A stretch of DNA of 64,000 nt from positions 5,270,001-5,334,000 of the forward strand of contig NC_134029.1 of the NCBI RefSeq assembly GCF_964204645.1. The letters are read 5' to 3'. Every line of letters starts with the position of its first letter. The first letter of the stretch is position 1. The translations under genes were made by a program, and so were the position numbers. The DNA is from Tubulanus polymorphus (lineage: Eukaryota > Animalia > Nemertea). This document shows, piece after piece, positions 44,601 through 60,278 of the stretch. Below the pieces are notes generated by a model, which saw only the letters and a program-made list of their open reading frames with translations, was not told the DNA's origin and did no database searches.

Positions 44601-47600
44601 TACTGAAAGTTGTATCTAATTCGCTCATTGCAGCTTTTTAATTTCCGTACATGTTCGTGGTGTGAAAATAATTGTATTACGCACTCTCTCCTCGATAATT
44701 GGCCCAATTTTGTCAATAAGCTTTGACTCCGATAACCTAAGACCTGGTTTAGCCCGAATTCAGAAGTGTACGATAAATATGCCCCCTAGTTGCCGTCGGA
44801 ATTTATCTCCGTGATAAGAAAAAACATTCAATGACCAGAAAGATGCGGCGTTGTGCAGGATTGTGTTGCATAGCAACAACCAGCTCGAATCTAGTGTCCA
44901 GCAGAGACGTGATAAGTACGTGAGACCTTCGGAGAATGTTACTTCTTAGTGTCCCATTCGCAGCAGCGAGCAAGCAATTTTAGAGTATTTAGAATAGAGT
45001 GCATTTGCCAAAATAGCGGCATAAGAAGTTTATTGATACACTATTGCAGTGTGTTCATGTGCCGAGAGCTATTTTTACTGCGCTGTAATATGAACATCAG
45101 CCCCGCTAGTCTGATGGATAATAAATCTGAAATCAAATTCCGCGTACTGACAAATTGAAGATGCCAGCTGCAGCGGTTGATTTGCCTCTGACAAACTAGG
45201 CCTTTGTTCATTAACACGTTCAGTATAGCATGAAATAGGTTTCCGTAGCAGGAGATAATGCTACTGGGAATGTTTGTAGGGGTCACTGGTATGCCAGTAA
45301 ACTTACCGGGTTGAACAGCTGATGTTTTTGGCGCATGGTATACAAACCTCTCTCATGTACTGTTACGTATCTATACCAGGCCTAAGTGATTTATGATGTG
45401 GATGATGCAATTTTAGTACTATACCAGGACCTATCTCTATCTAGGTGATGAATTTTTTATTGTGCAAAGGGATGCATTTTTCTGTTCAATTCACATTTCT
45501 CCAAACTTCATAAATCATAATCAATAGATTTTGAATGTGATTCATTCAGGGCTGGGGGCCTACGGTGGCTAAGGTTAAATCTTCCTGATATAATCCGAGA
45601 CATCTAACCAGTCACACTGCATACCGGTATACATTAGTTTATGCCACCCCAGAACGATTTCTAGTTTCGAGGCCTTGGTTTTTTGTACAGGGACGCCCGT
45701 AAATGAGAGAGTAATTCAGGCCTTCGCGAAACGCATATACAACTTGTCATCGTAGATTTGAAAGCCCGTACATAAACTAATTTTTATGTACTAAAGCGCT
45801 AAGTTGTGAACAATGCGACCTTTTACAAACGCATTCATGTCATAGTCAGTGTGTATAATTAAGTGTCAAAAGGTTTTTCCAACTGAAAATTTCATTCGGC
45901 TGCCAACGCCTCGCTCGCCCTCGAACACACAACACACTCACACAACTTTACTCTATTGGAATTCTCGTAAAAGAATCATTCATTTTTTCGGCGTAGATGA
46001 TGCCATTTTCGTCGCGTATGTTGTTCAAAGGCCGGGCAACGTTAACAATCTGGGTCATGTTTACCCGTATTGTTCGCGGATTTGAACCGATGTAAGGGCG
46101 ACAAAAGCCACAGCTGCTGTCAAGATTCCATCGTAGTCGTCGTAGTGGTCCCGTCGCATCTGACCGAACTACCCTTAGTTTGAAAAAACAATCTCTGTCC
46201 CTCTCTCAGGAATAACCTCGCTTCGTTTCCTAAGCTTGAATCGAAGAAAGAGGCCTTTTTATTTGGCGGTTGATCTTTGAACCACCTAAAACCACTAACT
46301 ATATTTGTTCATAAAGTACTGAATGGGGTACCAGCAATGCTACTGTGGCAAGTATGGATGCCACCAGGTGACGCTAGCGCTGGGTTACTGTGCTTCAATT
46401 CCTGTTAATACATATGCATTGAATTTGAATCAACCTTTCTCATCAGTAAACCCATTTTCAGTGAGAACTATACCGAACACTATTGAGTAAGAAAGTGAAT
46501 CTTATATCTATCCGATGACTCGTTTGATACATTTCGGATTTGGAAGCAATATGGCGTTCAAGTTTCATCGAAAATGGACTGATTTTCATTACGAATGACC
46601 CAGCGTTTTGCGGCACCGTCTTGTGAGTGCCAGCATCCCTTTGTATCACTCATTGGTAAGTTGGATGTACATTTCATCACTTAAAAGCAAGACTTGTACT
46701 GAAACTTTTTACGTTTAGAACTCGCGCACTCCTGATACTCCTTACTCCTTCAGTTATGGTTATTTGATCTAGGTTAATTGACACGGCAAATGTCCCCCTC
46801 AACGTGCTTGATGCCTCACTCTATATGTGAATGTGTGCGTTAAGTATATAATGGCAATAGCCCAGGAATTTTTATCACCAGTTTGAAGATTGAATTACAT
46901 AACAGAACTTTATATTCTCCTGGATATCGGAACTCTATAGACCTACATTTAGAAGGTTTGCTCCCTATTAAAAACCACTTATTACTTCATAAATTCGGAC
47001 AGGATTTAACGAGTAGGCCTATAGGCCTAACGTAGGCGCACTATGGATTTGTATACGGGACATAAATAGGACACTTCGTTTAAAAGTCTTTTATTTCATT
47101 ATCATAAAATTTACCAGTGAAATTTGCCATTCAGCTGGATCGAGCGGCGACTGGCTATTGAGCGCTCTGAACACATGACTTGCTATTTGTGCCAATTAGG
47201 CTGTTTTCTTCCGTTTACAACGGAACAAGGCTTCGAGCCCCTTTTCAATTTAAACGCAGGCTTAATTCAAGTCGTAGTTCTTTACGACCGCGCGGCGCTT
47301 AAGATTTCGCTGCGCGTTGAACTGGCTGTGCCAGTTGGAATCCCGTGTACCGAAAATTAATTATGCTATTTTATTGCGATATAGGCCACTACTGGGTTTT
47401 TATTGTATTATATTGCTCTGCTTCACCCGGTGTGGTGCCGCGCTGTACAACATTTCCTTCTTCAATCGGTCCAAGATATTGCATTAGCATTTGAATAATC
47501 GCAAACGAATTCTATGAAAATATTCACTATGTTCACTACCTCGTAAATACATTGTGTATCTGCAGACCGCAATCTCGCTGTGTATTTTCTTGTGTATAGC

Positions 47601-50600
47601 TCTATATCAAGCACTCTCTCTCAATTAATTAATTTCAACATTATTCTGGAGGATATTTTATTGCAATTTTAAGAGCATTAGCTCGATAAATGTATAATGA
47701 ATCGCGCAGTGGTGGTTAAGTGGCGAGAATCTGATGTGAGTTCCCACAACTTTCTCCGCCTTGTTCTTAAGTAAATTACTCCTGCCATCCGTTCAATGTG
47801 GGGGCCGAAATATCACTAGCGCATATCTTGCTGTAGACGTCATTATATTAGCTGCCTGGCAGCCATCTTCTTTCAATAGTATTTTGGATTCTTATTTGGA
47901 GGAATAGAATCCGAGAATACTACCCCATGGTCTGAGTGATATAATTTTTTCCTGAGGCTCTATGTATTACTGTCTTGATACAAAGCGTATGGACAACAAA
48001 GTATCTGAAGCCCGGTTTTGTAAGGTCTTATTTTGTGAAGGGTTTATTCCCTGATACCTCAGCTCAGGACCTAGTATCCTCATGACATTTCTCATAGCTG
48101 AGACATGCACTGGATAGACATATAGACCTGTTTATTCAAAAGAGCTGAACAGCACCTGTGAACATAGTTACCAGTGAAACACGCGCTCTATGAATGACAA
48201 TTTTGATTTGATTTTGAATTGTGGTTGAATTTGACTCTAGACCCGAAATCATTAAAATCATAGAAAATGAACTAATCTTAACTGACGACTTAACTCAAGC
48301 CCTCAATACTGTCGAACCGGGGGTCATGTCTACGAAGTCACAAAACGCTATACATCGACTCAAGTAAAGGGAGTTTATTCTAATAAAGAATAGCATCGTT
48401 CATAGAGGTTCGCTGCATAATGTGAACAATTTCTATAAATATGAAAGCGTTATGAAAACAGTAGGCTGCTTGTTCTGCTGGATTGAATTTTTCCCTCCTC
48501 GCCATGATAGTTCTCCTACACCGCGTCGGCATTCTTCACTCGATGGCGAAAAAATGGGCCATCCCGAAAAAATAGACCATCCGTTATATCGGTATGTATA
48601 TTCACGGTAATCGGTGATACTCGACTTTCTGGATGAGATATGAGACTGAGGAAAACGGTCAAGTTGTGCCCGATGACATTATTTCACAATCAGTAAAGCG
48701 ACATCGAAATCGCGATCGCTGCGCCATTTCAAAACGAGATCGGATTCGTTTCGTTTAGGCGTAATCAATCGCGTTGTATCTAATGAACCGAACTGCCGCA
48801 ATCTCGTTCGAACGGCAATCCGCAATCTCGGGCCGAGATAGCGTAGATCTCCGTCGTCGTATCTTTATTGTAAAATCATCGGAAATTAGCAGCGCGAAAC
48901 TGCTCGCTCCGCGGCGAACATCTGCGGGTTACAAATGATAGGCGTGCGCAATGGTTTTACGAGTAAACTATGTTTTTCACTGGAATAGTGTTTGCACGAG
49001 GTTATATCAGATTAGAGTTCCCGTATAGAACACGGTACTATGCAGCGCCGGGTAGCAGTACTGTAGAGGTGTGAATCACCCTCTCAATACTAATAATGCC
49101 CTAAAGCGCGTGTTTCCGCTGCTCTGTAAGCACTGCTCGCTGCTCCCTGCTCGCTGCTCCCCGCTCCTGTGTATCGTTTTCTTTGTTTGACAATATTGTT
49201 TCATCGGTAGTCTTGTATTTTCACAGTAATTGAGTTTATGAGTGGATGATTCAGCTGGAAAAATACGTATCCCGGTGAGGAGGCGGCGTTCGGTTTTTGT
49301 AAAGCGCAAGGTTATTATTCATTCAGTTTTACCCGAGGAACGTTGGAATGAAAATATCACCTTTGACGTACGAGAGTCACTTATCGGATATTTCAGGAAT
49401 GTGTATAGTTGCTGCCCTTTCCTCATGTTCTGATTGCTGAATTTGAATGAGTAGTTAATGTCATCAAAGCTTTGATGAAGTCTTAAATCGGTCTCTGAAC
49501 CTTCGACTTTCAAGCGAAAGCATGTCTTAACATCCTCCCAGAAGATACACTAGGACCCAGTTCTGCAATAGGTTTGACCCTTGGCTAGACTCGAATTTCA
49601 AGTATGGAGCTGGATCAAGAATCTCAGCTTTCTTCAACCATCGTTATTAGTCTTCATTCTCGATGGACTCACTGTCCTGGCATCACTTCACGGGTTCCTG
49701 TCACCCTCATGAAGGTCTGACGGCGTGAAGGTCAGATGTTGTCGTGCTGGTGTTGCCATGGTCAGATGGTATAGTAGGGCTATACGGTGGCGTGCGTGGA
49801 TGAATGCATGTACTGAGATAGAAACGCATTGATAAAGATCTGTTCTGGTATTTTCAGGTTTAATCTATATGCACTGTGTTTTTGATCAACAAACTTTGTT
49901 ATATACACAATCAGATGGAAAGTAAATATTTATTCTATATGAAGAACCTGGGTGTAAATATAGCTGATAGTGCGTAAAATGTGATTCCAATGGCCCAATT
50001 TACTACCGCTGGAATTTCAGTTCTTTTCTGTAACTTCATAACCCCAAAATTGTGAAACTTCAGAGCCTCAGTTAAACACCTGCGCTTTGTGACTAGTGAA
50101 TGGTATAGTTCAACAAAATTCCATAGCCCGAGCTCGGTTTCATATAGAGTTTAGCCTGGAAGTTGTACATTGAAGTAACAGTCAGATTGGGAAGTGTTGA
50201 GTCTCAAAATACCTACTTCAATTGCCCTTATGATTTCTGATCCCATGGCATTTTCTTGACACCTGTCCATAATTTCGCTTGGAATATTTAAGTCTGAGTT
50301 GTAACTGTTCGATGTGAACTCTGAAATAACAAAACCAGTCTTTTTCCTGAATTAAATGTTTACCCTGTTTGAGTAGATAATGTAATCGTGTACAAATTTG
50401 AAAGATTAAAAATGGAATATATTCATTTGTTCACACACCTGATAATAGTCTCAGTGGGTCTGAACTGATTTTTGATTAAATTAATGAATTTTGATGTTAA
50501 TATTCCAAATTTATATTTAGTGGGTTTGCTTTAATCATTAAAACACTATTTTGTTGTAGTGAATGACCTTGACCTTTCATTTGTGACCTCGATCTAATCG

Positions 50601-51328
50601 TTTACCGTATATATTTTCAGGTGACGGTGATCGTGAAGAGTAACAGAATGTGCGGCTCGGACGTATTCACGATGTATCAAGCGCAGAACGATGCGAATCT
50701 TCCGACGACGTTCGACAACGGGCGCAGTCATTACGGACCGGATCGTACGGTGACGATCACGCAGATCGTACCGGGAACGCACGTCGAGATCTACATACGA
50801 TACATCGATACGACGATCTCGATACGACAAGTCGGACGATACTTGACGGTCGCGATCAAAATGCCGGAGGACATCGTGAACTCGAGCACGCGCCCGATAC
50901 CGTACGGATTACAACTGTGCGCGCGCGGCTGCCCGGCCGGCGAACGCATCAACTATCAGGAATTTCTCGCGCGGAAAAAAACGCGCGTCGACAGTATTAT
51001 GCGGCGCAACGAGCTGGCGATGTCGCGCGAACGCGCCGTCAAACTGTGCAAGGCGGCGAAAACAACCGATTTCTACTTCGACTCGTGCGTGTTCGACTTG
51101 ATGGTGACCGGCGACGAGAACTTCACGCTCGCCGCGGCCATCGCGTTGCAGGACATGTTGCAAATGTTTCCCGAATTTCGTAAATCGAACAGAAATCGCA
51201 CGGACTTCGCGCGTTACGACATGTTATACGGTGACGGCAGTCGGACTACAGCGTTTTCATCCGTCATTGCATTTCTAGTTTTAATCGTAGTTTATTTAAA
51301 TTCGCCACTCGCAGCATCTGCCAGATAG
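38617..51328 (+). CDS. RGM: Repulsive guidance molecule (RGM/hemojuvelin family), GPI-anchored BMP co-receptor and neogenin ligand; 4 coding exons
   Basis: Exons 38617-38636 (MFTGKLR, phase 2), 41738-41928 (hydrophobic signal ILFVTILFGFLSISS), 42306-42811 (Cys-rich N domain, HCGLFGDPHIRTF autocleavage site, [23 protein letters not shown]) and 50621-51328 (HVEIYIRYIDTTISIRQVGRYL, LQLCARGCP, YFDSCVFDL, hydrophobic GPI-type tail). Splice phases are compatible. Exon 1 is less certain than exons 2-4. Confidence 0.95.
39169..39339. mobile_element. Tc1/pogo-type MITE in RGM intron 1
   Basis: TIR CAGTAGAACTCGCTTAATTCGGAT / ATCCGAATTAAGTGAGTTCTACTG, flanked by TA on both sides. Confidence 0.88.
42853..43024. 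repeat. Short diverged tandem duplication in RGM intron 3
   Basis: ATAGCTAGAT..GATTTT.CAGG.CC.AAGAAG..GATAATCTGGCAGATTC.AGTT.GCTT.ACTCATTC occurs at about 42853 and about 42959. Confidence 0.75.
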
Positions 51329-53201
51329 CCGTATGCAAATTCCTCGCTCTCTATCTCTCTCTTTCTCTTTATCGTGTTTTTCGTAATTCAAGCATTTATC
51401 ATTGAATCATCTCTCGGCGTGTATGCAGCATTGATTGTATTTGACCCTGTCATCAGTTACGACGAATCGATTTAAAGTCGTTCTCTCGTTTAGAACGGCA
51501 AGCAGTGATGCACCAACATTTCCAAGGCAATGATATCTCTTTTAACCACATTCGAGTCAGTGTAGGAGGTTTAACATTTGTGAATAACTCGGGGACTGGT
51601 TTTATAGAAGGGAAATAACTTAAACCCGGTGGTTAACTCAATTAATAATTAATTGAGATAGCCCCCTCCCCCAGTTAAGTTAATACCTGCCTATAAAACT
51701 GGGCTCTGATTGGTCGCTAGTTAACCTGTGGACTGAAGCTGGAAATGGTCTCTAAAACATGACCCTGAAAGTAAAATCCGGAGAGGTTGCACTGTAGTTT
51801 CTTCAAATCTGAAATTTCTTTTTGGTACTCGTTTATCATTGTTATCACAACTTTTCAACCTCAAATGACTAATTTTTGCCTGCATTACCCGATGATCATA
51901 GATCTTAAATTAATGTTATCAAGATTAAGATGAATATTATCAAAAGCTCCATTCTATGAATGGATTTATGTAAATATATGTATATAGTCTCTGAGAGTAT
52001 CAATATAGAATTCTAATGTTCGAGTTGAATTTAACTCAAAACCTCAAAACTAGGTTTAAGATACCATTAGCATGTTAGGGCTGTTTTGAAAATATATATA
52101 TGCCTAGTTGATTGTGTTTTCTTGGGCTAAGCTTTCGCTGAAAGGTACTTAGGTCAATAAGCAAATCTCATCTCAAAGTCCTAGTCCCACTCATTACCAG
52201 CTAACATAAGCGTAAACTACTCTTGAGACGTCATCTGGTCATTCATTTCAATCACTTTTCACAGTGTAGCACGCGCTGAAGTTATCAATTCGAAATTTGA
52301 AATGGGCTTTCCAATGGCAATGCATATTTGTTCAACTGAGTAAATTGCCAGTTATGCATAACTTTTCAAGGCAGCAATAATTTAATAATTTATCCATACG
52401 TTCACCGTGTGAGATTTTTATGCAATACAAACTCAGAATTTGAGTATTTATGCATCTTATGTACAGTAAACCCCTCCTTATTCGGCACCGTTAGATTTTA
52501 CGCAGATTTTTTGTCAAAGAATTTCAATTCCTTCGATTCTACCGTAAAGACCAGTGTTTGAAATATACACGGTCCCAAGTTACCAAGTAAGCCGCCCGGA
52601 GTTTAAAGTACTAAGGTTTAATTAGCAGTGTGCAATTTGTTTGGATTCATGTTGATTGATGGTCAAGGCTGGATTTTATTGCGTCATAAGGATTATAAAC
52701 CATTAATACTGTAAGCAGTTTATGTTTATATGAGTAAAATTGCTTTAGTTCTGCATAAGTCTCTACGCTGGAAATATCCACTGACAGGTCTACAGATCTA
52801 GACTTACATGATAAGCCATGGCCCCTCTATGCATAAAAGCAATGTCCCCTGTCTTGTTTAGTTGCTATTTTTGTGTACGCCACCTTAAAGGGGAAGAACT
52901 CCTTAAATCAAGCATAACTTATTTGGCCAAATAGTTTCTTGCTTTTATACAGTTTTCATCAAACATCAGTTTCCTTTTCTTATTCACCATTTATTGAAGT
53001 ATTTTGAATAAAAAGTATGAGAATTTTACTCGGTCTCTTGTAATTTGTGAGCTTTTGCTGCGTTTTCTATGCAAAGATATGATATTATTTAGAACATTTG
53101 AAGCTGATGCAATTAATTATCACCTGTAGTGTAAATATTAACATGTTTTTATGTACATAAAATTATGAATGTTATGTAAATACAGAAGACAAGAAATTGT
53201 A

Positions 53202-53207
53202 AATAAA
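53202..53207 (+). terminator. Candidate RGM polyadenylation signal (3' UTR about 1.9 kb)
   Basis: AATAAA after several TGTA-containing motifs and followed by a GT-rich tract. An alternative AATAAA lies at about 53007. Confidence 0.5.
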
Positions 53208-56200
53208 AGATGGATAAACGATAAAACGAAACTGATTTCACGTTGTGGTTTTTTCTAAGACTTTGAACTCAGTAAGTATGATTTCAATTCATCTGCTGAA
53301 ATACATAGGCGTCAAAGATAAGTCCCTGTAAAAATGTAAATCTAGGGGTAGGGTGCAGGGGGTGAGCACTAAAATTTCAAGTTGCCCTGAAATTTTACGG
53401 AAAGTTAAAAGTATTAAATTGATATCTAGAAAAGTTTTAATTTATCAGCTTGTCTGTATTTCAAAAAATGAGTTATTTTTTTTCCAGTGAGCTTTCTTTT
53501 GAGGTGCCCTTGCACCCTACCTGAATCAGACCCTAGATCCGCCCCTGAAATCGCAGGGGTTCTGGAGTTGCATGAGCTTTCATTCCATTCATGGCTGCTG
53601 GACTGGCTGACATATCCCTGTGTGACTAACTCTTGTCAAGGATTATAGTACGTGGCCGCTACTCTCTGTATGATTCCATGTATTTCGACCAGATTCATTT
53701 TATACAGTGTGATTTGCACTTTACTACCAAGCACTACTACCATTGTTAGTGGCTATGCCTTCCTACATGTTTAGCGATCTTGATGGACTAGTTCTTTTCA
53801 ACTCCCCCAATTTCAATAGATCGTCAATTGAATGCTGTTGTACTTGTCTCATTTTAACCCCGTTTATTTCTCTAACACGAGAAATTAGCCAACATTGACA
53901 AACAATCGCGACTATTCATGATTCTTTCGAAGTTTAACAGGCGACCAGTGGAGGTCATGCATTAAACCACATCCGTTCCCCACATTCAGCCTATGAAGCA
54001 GTTTACATCCAACTAATGGTCAAAGGAATATATACGTGAAGACGATTGTTTTGAACTCCGTATGACAAAAAAAACATTTTCCTGTGAGAGATGCAATTCC
54101 ACTGATTCCAGTTCAATTACACTTGTCGTCTTATTTCAAAGGCATTAAGAAATAATGCATACATATACATATTGATTTGCTGACCAAGCCTCGACTCGTA
54201 GACCTAACTGGAGAAAATTGATTAAATCATTCAATGGGCATCGAGCACATACAGAAATAGAAGTCCGACAAGTGAAGCTATTCCTATGAGAACGAATGAA
54301 TACTCCCATATCCCGGCAAAACATTCTCTCAAACGTACAGCTTCGTTTCTGCTCATATTTGTATTGGGTGAGTCTGAAATAGCTTTCACAATTAATTACG
54401 AGGTTAATGTTAGACGAGGAGAGAAACTTGTCCCATATAAAACACACAAAGCAAATAGGAAGCGGCTTGGCTAAACATAATTGCAAGAAATCGTTCGCTA
54501 CAGGCCGCTGAATTATTCGCTGTGCAGCGTTCGAAAAATTCATCGCTAGCTCTACGGAAAGAAAACAGCTCCGCGTATATAGAAAAACCTTGAAGAAGAA
54601 ATTGAATCTGGCGAAGAACATACTGAGAAGGGAGGAAGAATTCGTCTGTCATTAGCGCTATCGTCAACACAAAGAAAGCGTATCACTTCAATTTAGTGAG
54701 TTTTTCTGTGAGTCATAGTTCTCTATTTTTCCTCGCCGAGATGAGAAGAAACGGCGATGAACCCTGTAGACAACTTTATTACTCCATCAACTGACATTCA
54801 TTGCCACGAAAGCAATTATGTCAATGGAGAGATAAGCCGAGTACATCCCTAATCCTCAGTAATGTCACATACAGCGCCTGTTTCCTTTTAGAATGATGAT
54901 TTTCTGTTTGGCACGGATTCTAGTAAAACTGTACAATGTTCGATAGAAAATAAGAAATTTGCATCGGAATTTACAGTTTGGGGAACTCTAGATTATCTGA
55001 AGCCGGGCGTAGGTAGTAGTCAGATCGGGCCACATGGCCTGCTGTCCCTGTGACGGCTAGCGACTCGAAGTGATGCGATGACCGTATAACCATTTCTGTG
55101 AATCACCATACAGTCGCTGATTATCGCATCCATTGGACTTAAGGCTGGTTTAGGGAACCCGCTGCCCCACTGCAGCGTGAGGTGCTGCCGCTGTGCTCAG
55201 TTAGCCGAGTTGATCATGAATCCGCAAAAGATGATCATAGGACTCGCAGAGGACTCTGTTCTCCTCTCCCTAGTTGCAAGCAGTTTTGGTTTTTTTTGTT
55301 TGAATAAGGAATTGTCCCTCTTATGATTTGACTTGAATGAGTTGATTTGATGGCCTTTCCAAACCCACCAACTGTTTCAAACGACTGTGCGCATTTGACG
55401 TAATTTGAACTAATTAGTGGCACAAGAATATTCACTGCTGGTTTTTGTGGCGTAATATATGCATGAACACGATGTCTATTAATAAACGGTAAAAACATCA
55501 ATTTTCCTTCTTGATCGATGTTCGTAATTGAATACGAAGACAAAACATGGCTGACAATAGAATTGCGGCATCGCGGCAAAAATGAAATATCGAGAAACAC
55601 TTGAGCTCCCGAGCTCAGTGGGGATTTTTAGGAGTTATATAAATCAATTTTTTCTCGTTATTACACGAACAAGCGATGCAGAAGTAACTATAAAGACAGC
55701 AAATCAATCCAATGATGAATGAACCACGTATATTGTTCCGAGTACAAGTACTCAACATTTTCAACTAATGCAGCGCAGCATTCTTCGTCGTCGTCGATTA
55801 TGATTTATATTTAATGCAGTAAAGATTGGTAATTACGGCCGTGAAGCAGAAATTGAAGGAAGCTCAGGGAGTGATAGATGGTGGGAGTTGTATGGAGCTG
55901 ACATCACATGCTACACTTGGCAGCGATCCACTGGATACTGCACCATTGCATTTGTTGCTTGACAGCGGAGAAAGCTATAAGACTGACTGGCGGCCATATT
56001 AGATGACAAACTAGACGATGATGAGAGATTTAAAGTTCATTTGAAGTTTCAATTACATATTAGACTCGCGTTGATTGCTAAACCGGCCATCTTCAGACGA
56101 TGAATGGCTGGTCAATAAAAAGCGGTATATTCATGATTTGACCGGACTCTGGGTATAAGCTGGCAATATTTTCGCCCAGATTTTCTATTCGTGCGCTCCT

Positions 56201-57937
56201 CACCCACTCGAAAAACCTTTACGTGTTATCGAGCCAAACTAAAAAGAGTACTCCAAACTAGCATATGGTCTATCTAGATGATTATCCATTAACACCTGGC
56301 CTATCGTTCCCAATATATAATTAACCACGGGAAATGTTTACGTTTAAAGAAACTTCATTAAAAGCATTCATTCGTTATTTGGATTAAGAGAGTTTGCCAG
56401 TCCAGGTCAAGATACATATACGTGCAAGTATGCAGGTGTTAGTTGGTTTGTAAATAACTTGGATATTTACATGTTCAGTAATGTATAGTATTGGTCCACA
56501 CATGCAAAATTGCGCATTAAAAGACAGTCTGATAAATTGAGTGGTAAATACAAAGTGCTGCTTCACTTCAGCACCTTTCGAGGTTGTAAAAAGGTAGCTA
56601 TAACGCGCCGATTCACGCATCCTCCCTCGGCAGGGATTCGAACTTGATGGCATTGCTAGACTCGACCACGATGTGGCAGTTTCGATCCCTTCAGGTTTAT
56701 TGAATGAAGAATGCTAAAGAAAAGATTTGAAAATATCTATTACATTAGAATGAAACGGTGTTTAGCTCCTAAGGGGGATCGTCATTTCAAGTGATGCCAA
56801 GCAGTTAGGGATAGATTGTTTATCGCAAACCAGGAATTCACCTATTTTTAAAATAGTATATTTCACAGGCGATGTTTACCTATTTTAAGGAATATTTTTT
56901 AGTTCATTGTCACACAAGGCTAATGCATATAAAAATTATGCAAAGTAAGACTGGCAAGTTAAACTGAAAAACTGGAACAACCAGCATGCGCAAGGGCACT
57001 CGAAAGCCAACAATTTATATTGTTATCTGTATGGCCACTTCAATATTAGGAAACTGATGCCAATAACGCTACTTGAAGTATACTTCGTTGGGCTATAGCA
57101 CTGGCAGTTCATATTATCTATCATTATGGCACATATATACGTGTGTATGTTTCATATCAATATTTATGCATTTTTAATGTATTTAATTTTTACTCGGCAA
57201 AAACGAAACTATTGAAGCACAGGACGGCGCGTGTTTAATGCACGAAGTCGAATAAAAATTCATTCGCCGATGGTATATTACGTCTTGCATTTTAGTGAAA
57301 CGAGAAGAACAATAATTGGTAACTGGGTAATATGTGAACTGGGGCTTTTTCCGTTGTTTTGACCTCCAAAGGATTTTTAAAGGAAAAATTGAACTGTTTC
57401 CCCTACTTGATTTATAATTTGGACAGCAGAGAACACAAATTATTCCTCAGTTTATTTTGCGAGCTTGCAATGTATATGGAGACATGGATCTCCCCTGCGG
57501 GCACGGCTTAAAAGTATCGTCATTATTTTCTTGTTAGGACGTTAGGACTACATTTCAAATTGATCACAGTTTTTCGTCATAAGGGGCCGCTGGCTACCTG
57601 CCTAGTTCAGTCCCAGTTTCATTATCACGTTCACAATAAGCAATCATAGCTAAACTGAACGGTATTGTGTACGGTTTTCTGGTAAAGGGTTTAGTTGCGA
57701 ATCATTAGGCGAATGCGATTTCTACTGTGTTCACTGGATTGGAAGTCTTTCTCGACGGGATGTGCCTATTTAAAGTCTTCATGAACGAATATGAAGTGCT
57801 TTGCACTGCTAGGTGACCTATACGGCCATAATACATTAATCTACTTCGCATACAGGGAATACATACGTATCAAACAGTAATAGTCAATAATATAGTGAAA
57901 ACTAAAAACGTCACATCCTTTAAAAAAGAAAATCATA

Positions 57938-57943
57938 TTTATT
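57938..57943 (-). terminator. Candidate CHD1/2 polyadenylation signal (3' UTR about 3 kb)
   Basis: Minus-strand AATAAA at the end of a long U-rich minus-strand tract, followed by TTTTCTTTTTT..GATGTGACGTTTT. Confidence 0.45.
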
Positions 57944-60278
57944 CTCATCGCTGAGATCACGAAACGAAACAATGATACAGGCAATAAAAACGTTTCATGT
58001 CCATTTCATTACTTCCTTTCCATTAGACGATTGTTACTTTATGGGAGATCTCAACTAACAGCTCATAAAAATCCTTACAAAATTGAAATCATGCTGCCGG
58101 TCTCATCCACAGTAAGTGCTGAATCAATATCTTCCTTACTGTCCGAAACAGAACCATAAAACAGTAAAAGCAATAACGTACTCGCATGTTATTTTCTGTA
58201 CATGTTTATTTATTACGGTTTTTATCGCTATGTACAATGTTCGGATAAATTTCAACCTTTTCTTTCGGTTGTTTACGCATTTCTATATAATACAATAGAA
58301 AAAAAGAAAGTTACATCTCAAAATACAAAACACCAACATATACAACTCCTGGTTTTCATCACAAAACAGGAAAAACCACAGAGAGCATTGATATATCTTA
58401 TGGGTCTATATTTTCACTTACGTACATACGTTCTATCAAACATACAGCTCGCGGTTTCCAGAAAACGCAAATATTTTGATATGGAAACGAAACTCGAAGG
58501 CATTTTTCAACGACGAAACCGAGTTTTCGCCTTAACTCATACACGGCGCCATCTATCAGAAATGACACGAACTATCAGGAATATGAATACTATGGGTTAA
58601 TTTACTCAAATTATCACATCGAAAATTCTTTCTCTATCACCACCTACAATAAATACTAATTTAAAGTCATCGGAACAATCTAAACACAAAAGTTTTTAAG
58701 AGACATAATCGACATTAAGGGTAGAACAATCATGCATCATGCATGCATACACCTGAAACGTGCATCTATTATCACGACATGATCCATTTTTTCATTCATT
58801 TTCCATCAATTGATAAACATATTTTCATTTCTTTCATCAGTCCTCTAGATTGCGAGAATGTTTTAAAAGGCCATGCGACAATCTAGGACAACGAATTCAC
58901 GCTAGGTACTGCCGAACGAAAATGAACATAAATTCCATCGGTCAGTAAAGCGACGAGAAAGAAAGTTTCCAAGAAATCGAGCTTCGATCAATCACAGAGT
59001 TCAATCATAAATAACATTTTTTGATTCAATAAAAATCATGTTTCAACGCACACACATATATATATATATTCAACTATATATATATATTTATATATACATA
59101 TAAATCCCGTATAGAAACGGTATTCAACTATCATACATCATCGTCATACATGCGCCACCTTTAATTCACAATTGATAAAATCATCCGAAACAACACGCTC
59201 CGATATCAATTGGTGAATCACTCCGACACGTTGTCGGAGAGAGATCGCAATCGGAGAAGCACATCACGTATACATAAAAACAACGCAGTTTTTTTTTCAA
59301 ATCGACGACACAGAAAATTTACATTGACGGGGTAAATCAATATTTGCATCAGGAACGCGACACCGGCATATTCCTCCTCTGGCAAGTGAGGATCCACCAG
59401 GTGCGTCAGTAGTGTGCAGTGGTCGTTATAATTCTACTCAAAATTTAAAGAAAACCCAACAACCGATATAAAACTTTAAAAATCCCGGATAAGGATCCAG
59501 GGCCGAGCTGCATAGTCGTGACATAAGTCCAAATGCGGTCTTTAATTTCAGACTCATTTAGATTTCGGACTAATTTCAGACTGATTTAAGTTCCTAGATT
59601 AGCTAAGATGGTCTTACATTGGTTTTAAAGCTAAGCCATGACTGTGCAACCGGTCACAGATCTTTTTAAAATCAAGGTCACTGACTAGAAAATGAACTAA
59701 ATTTTCACGATGGAAGACCAACTATCAGTCACACCATCTGTTGGGATAGCTTAATGGTAAGGATACGAGAGAGCACAAGAGCATAGCCAGAGGTGGGAAA
59801 AAACCTTTTACAGTCGTGGGCATTCTGAAGTGTATATTCCCACTTACAGCCTTTGTGCATTTAACATCCTAAAAAAATCAAAAAGTTTCACTGCTTTCTC
59901 CTAATCATCCATTAAGTCACCTTTCCAAAAGTAGAAAATATGTCTAACAATATTCACGAACGCGTTTACACTTCTGTGTCAGCAAAGTACGAGTCTCGAA
60001 ACCTGCTTAATTCAGATGTATTCGGATTTTGATTTACCGGGTGCGAATTATTTACAGTTTATAAGCCACTCGGGCTTAAAGAATGGATATCTTACAAACC
60101 GGTTCAATTTCATCGATCAAATTTTATCTGGATTGAACAGGCTGAGCTGTACTAGCATGTTCCGCTTTAAATTCAAATCTTTGGACAAACAGAGGAATCT
60201 AATTTTTTTAGTCATGATTTTGAGATGATTTGACGAAATAAAAACAAAAAAATAAATTTTATAATCAAGCATTTTGTA

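Noticed and set aside
50650-51183. Overlapping 177-aa ORF and antisense ORFs in RGM exon 4
   Set aside because: Off-frame ORFs are expected from GC/CpG-rich codon usage.
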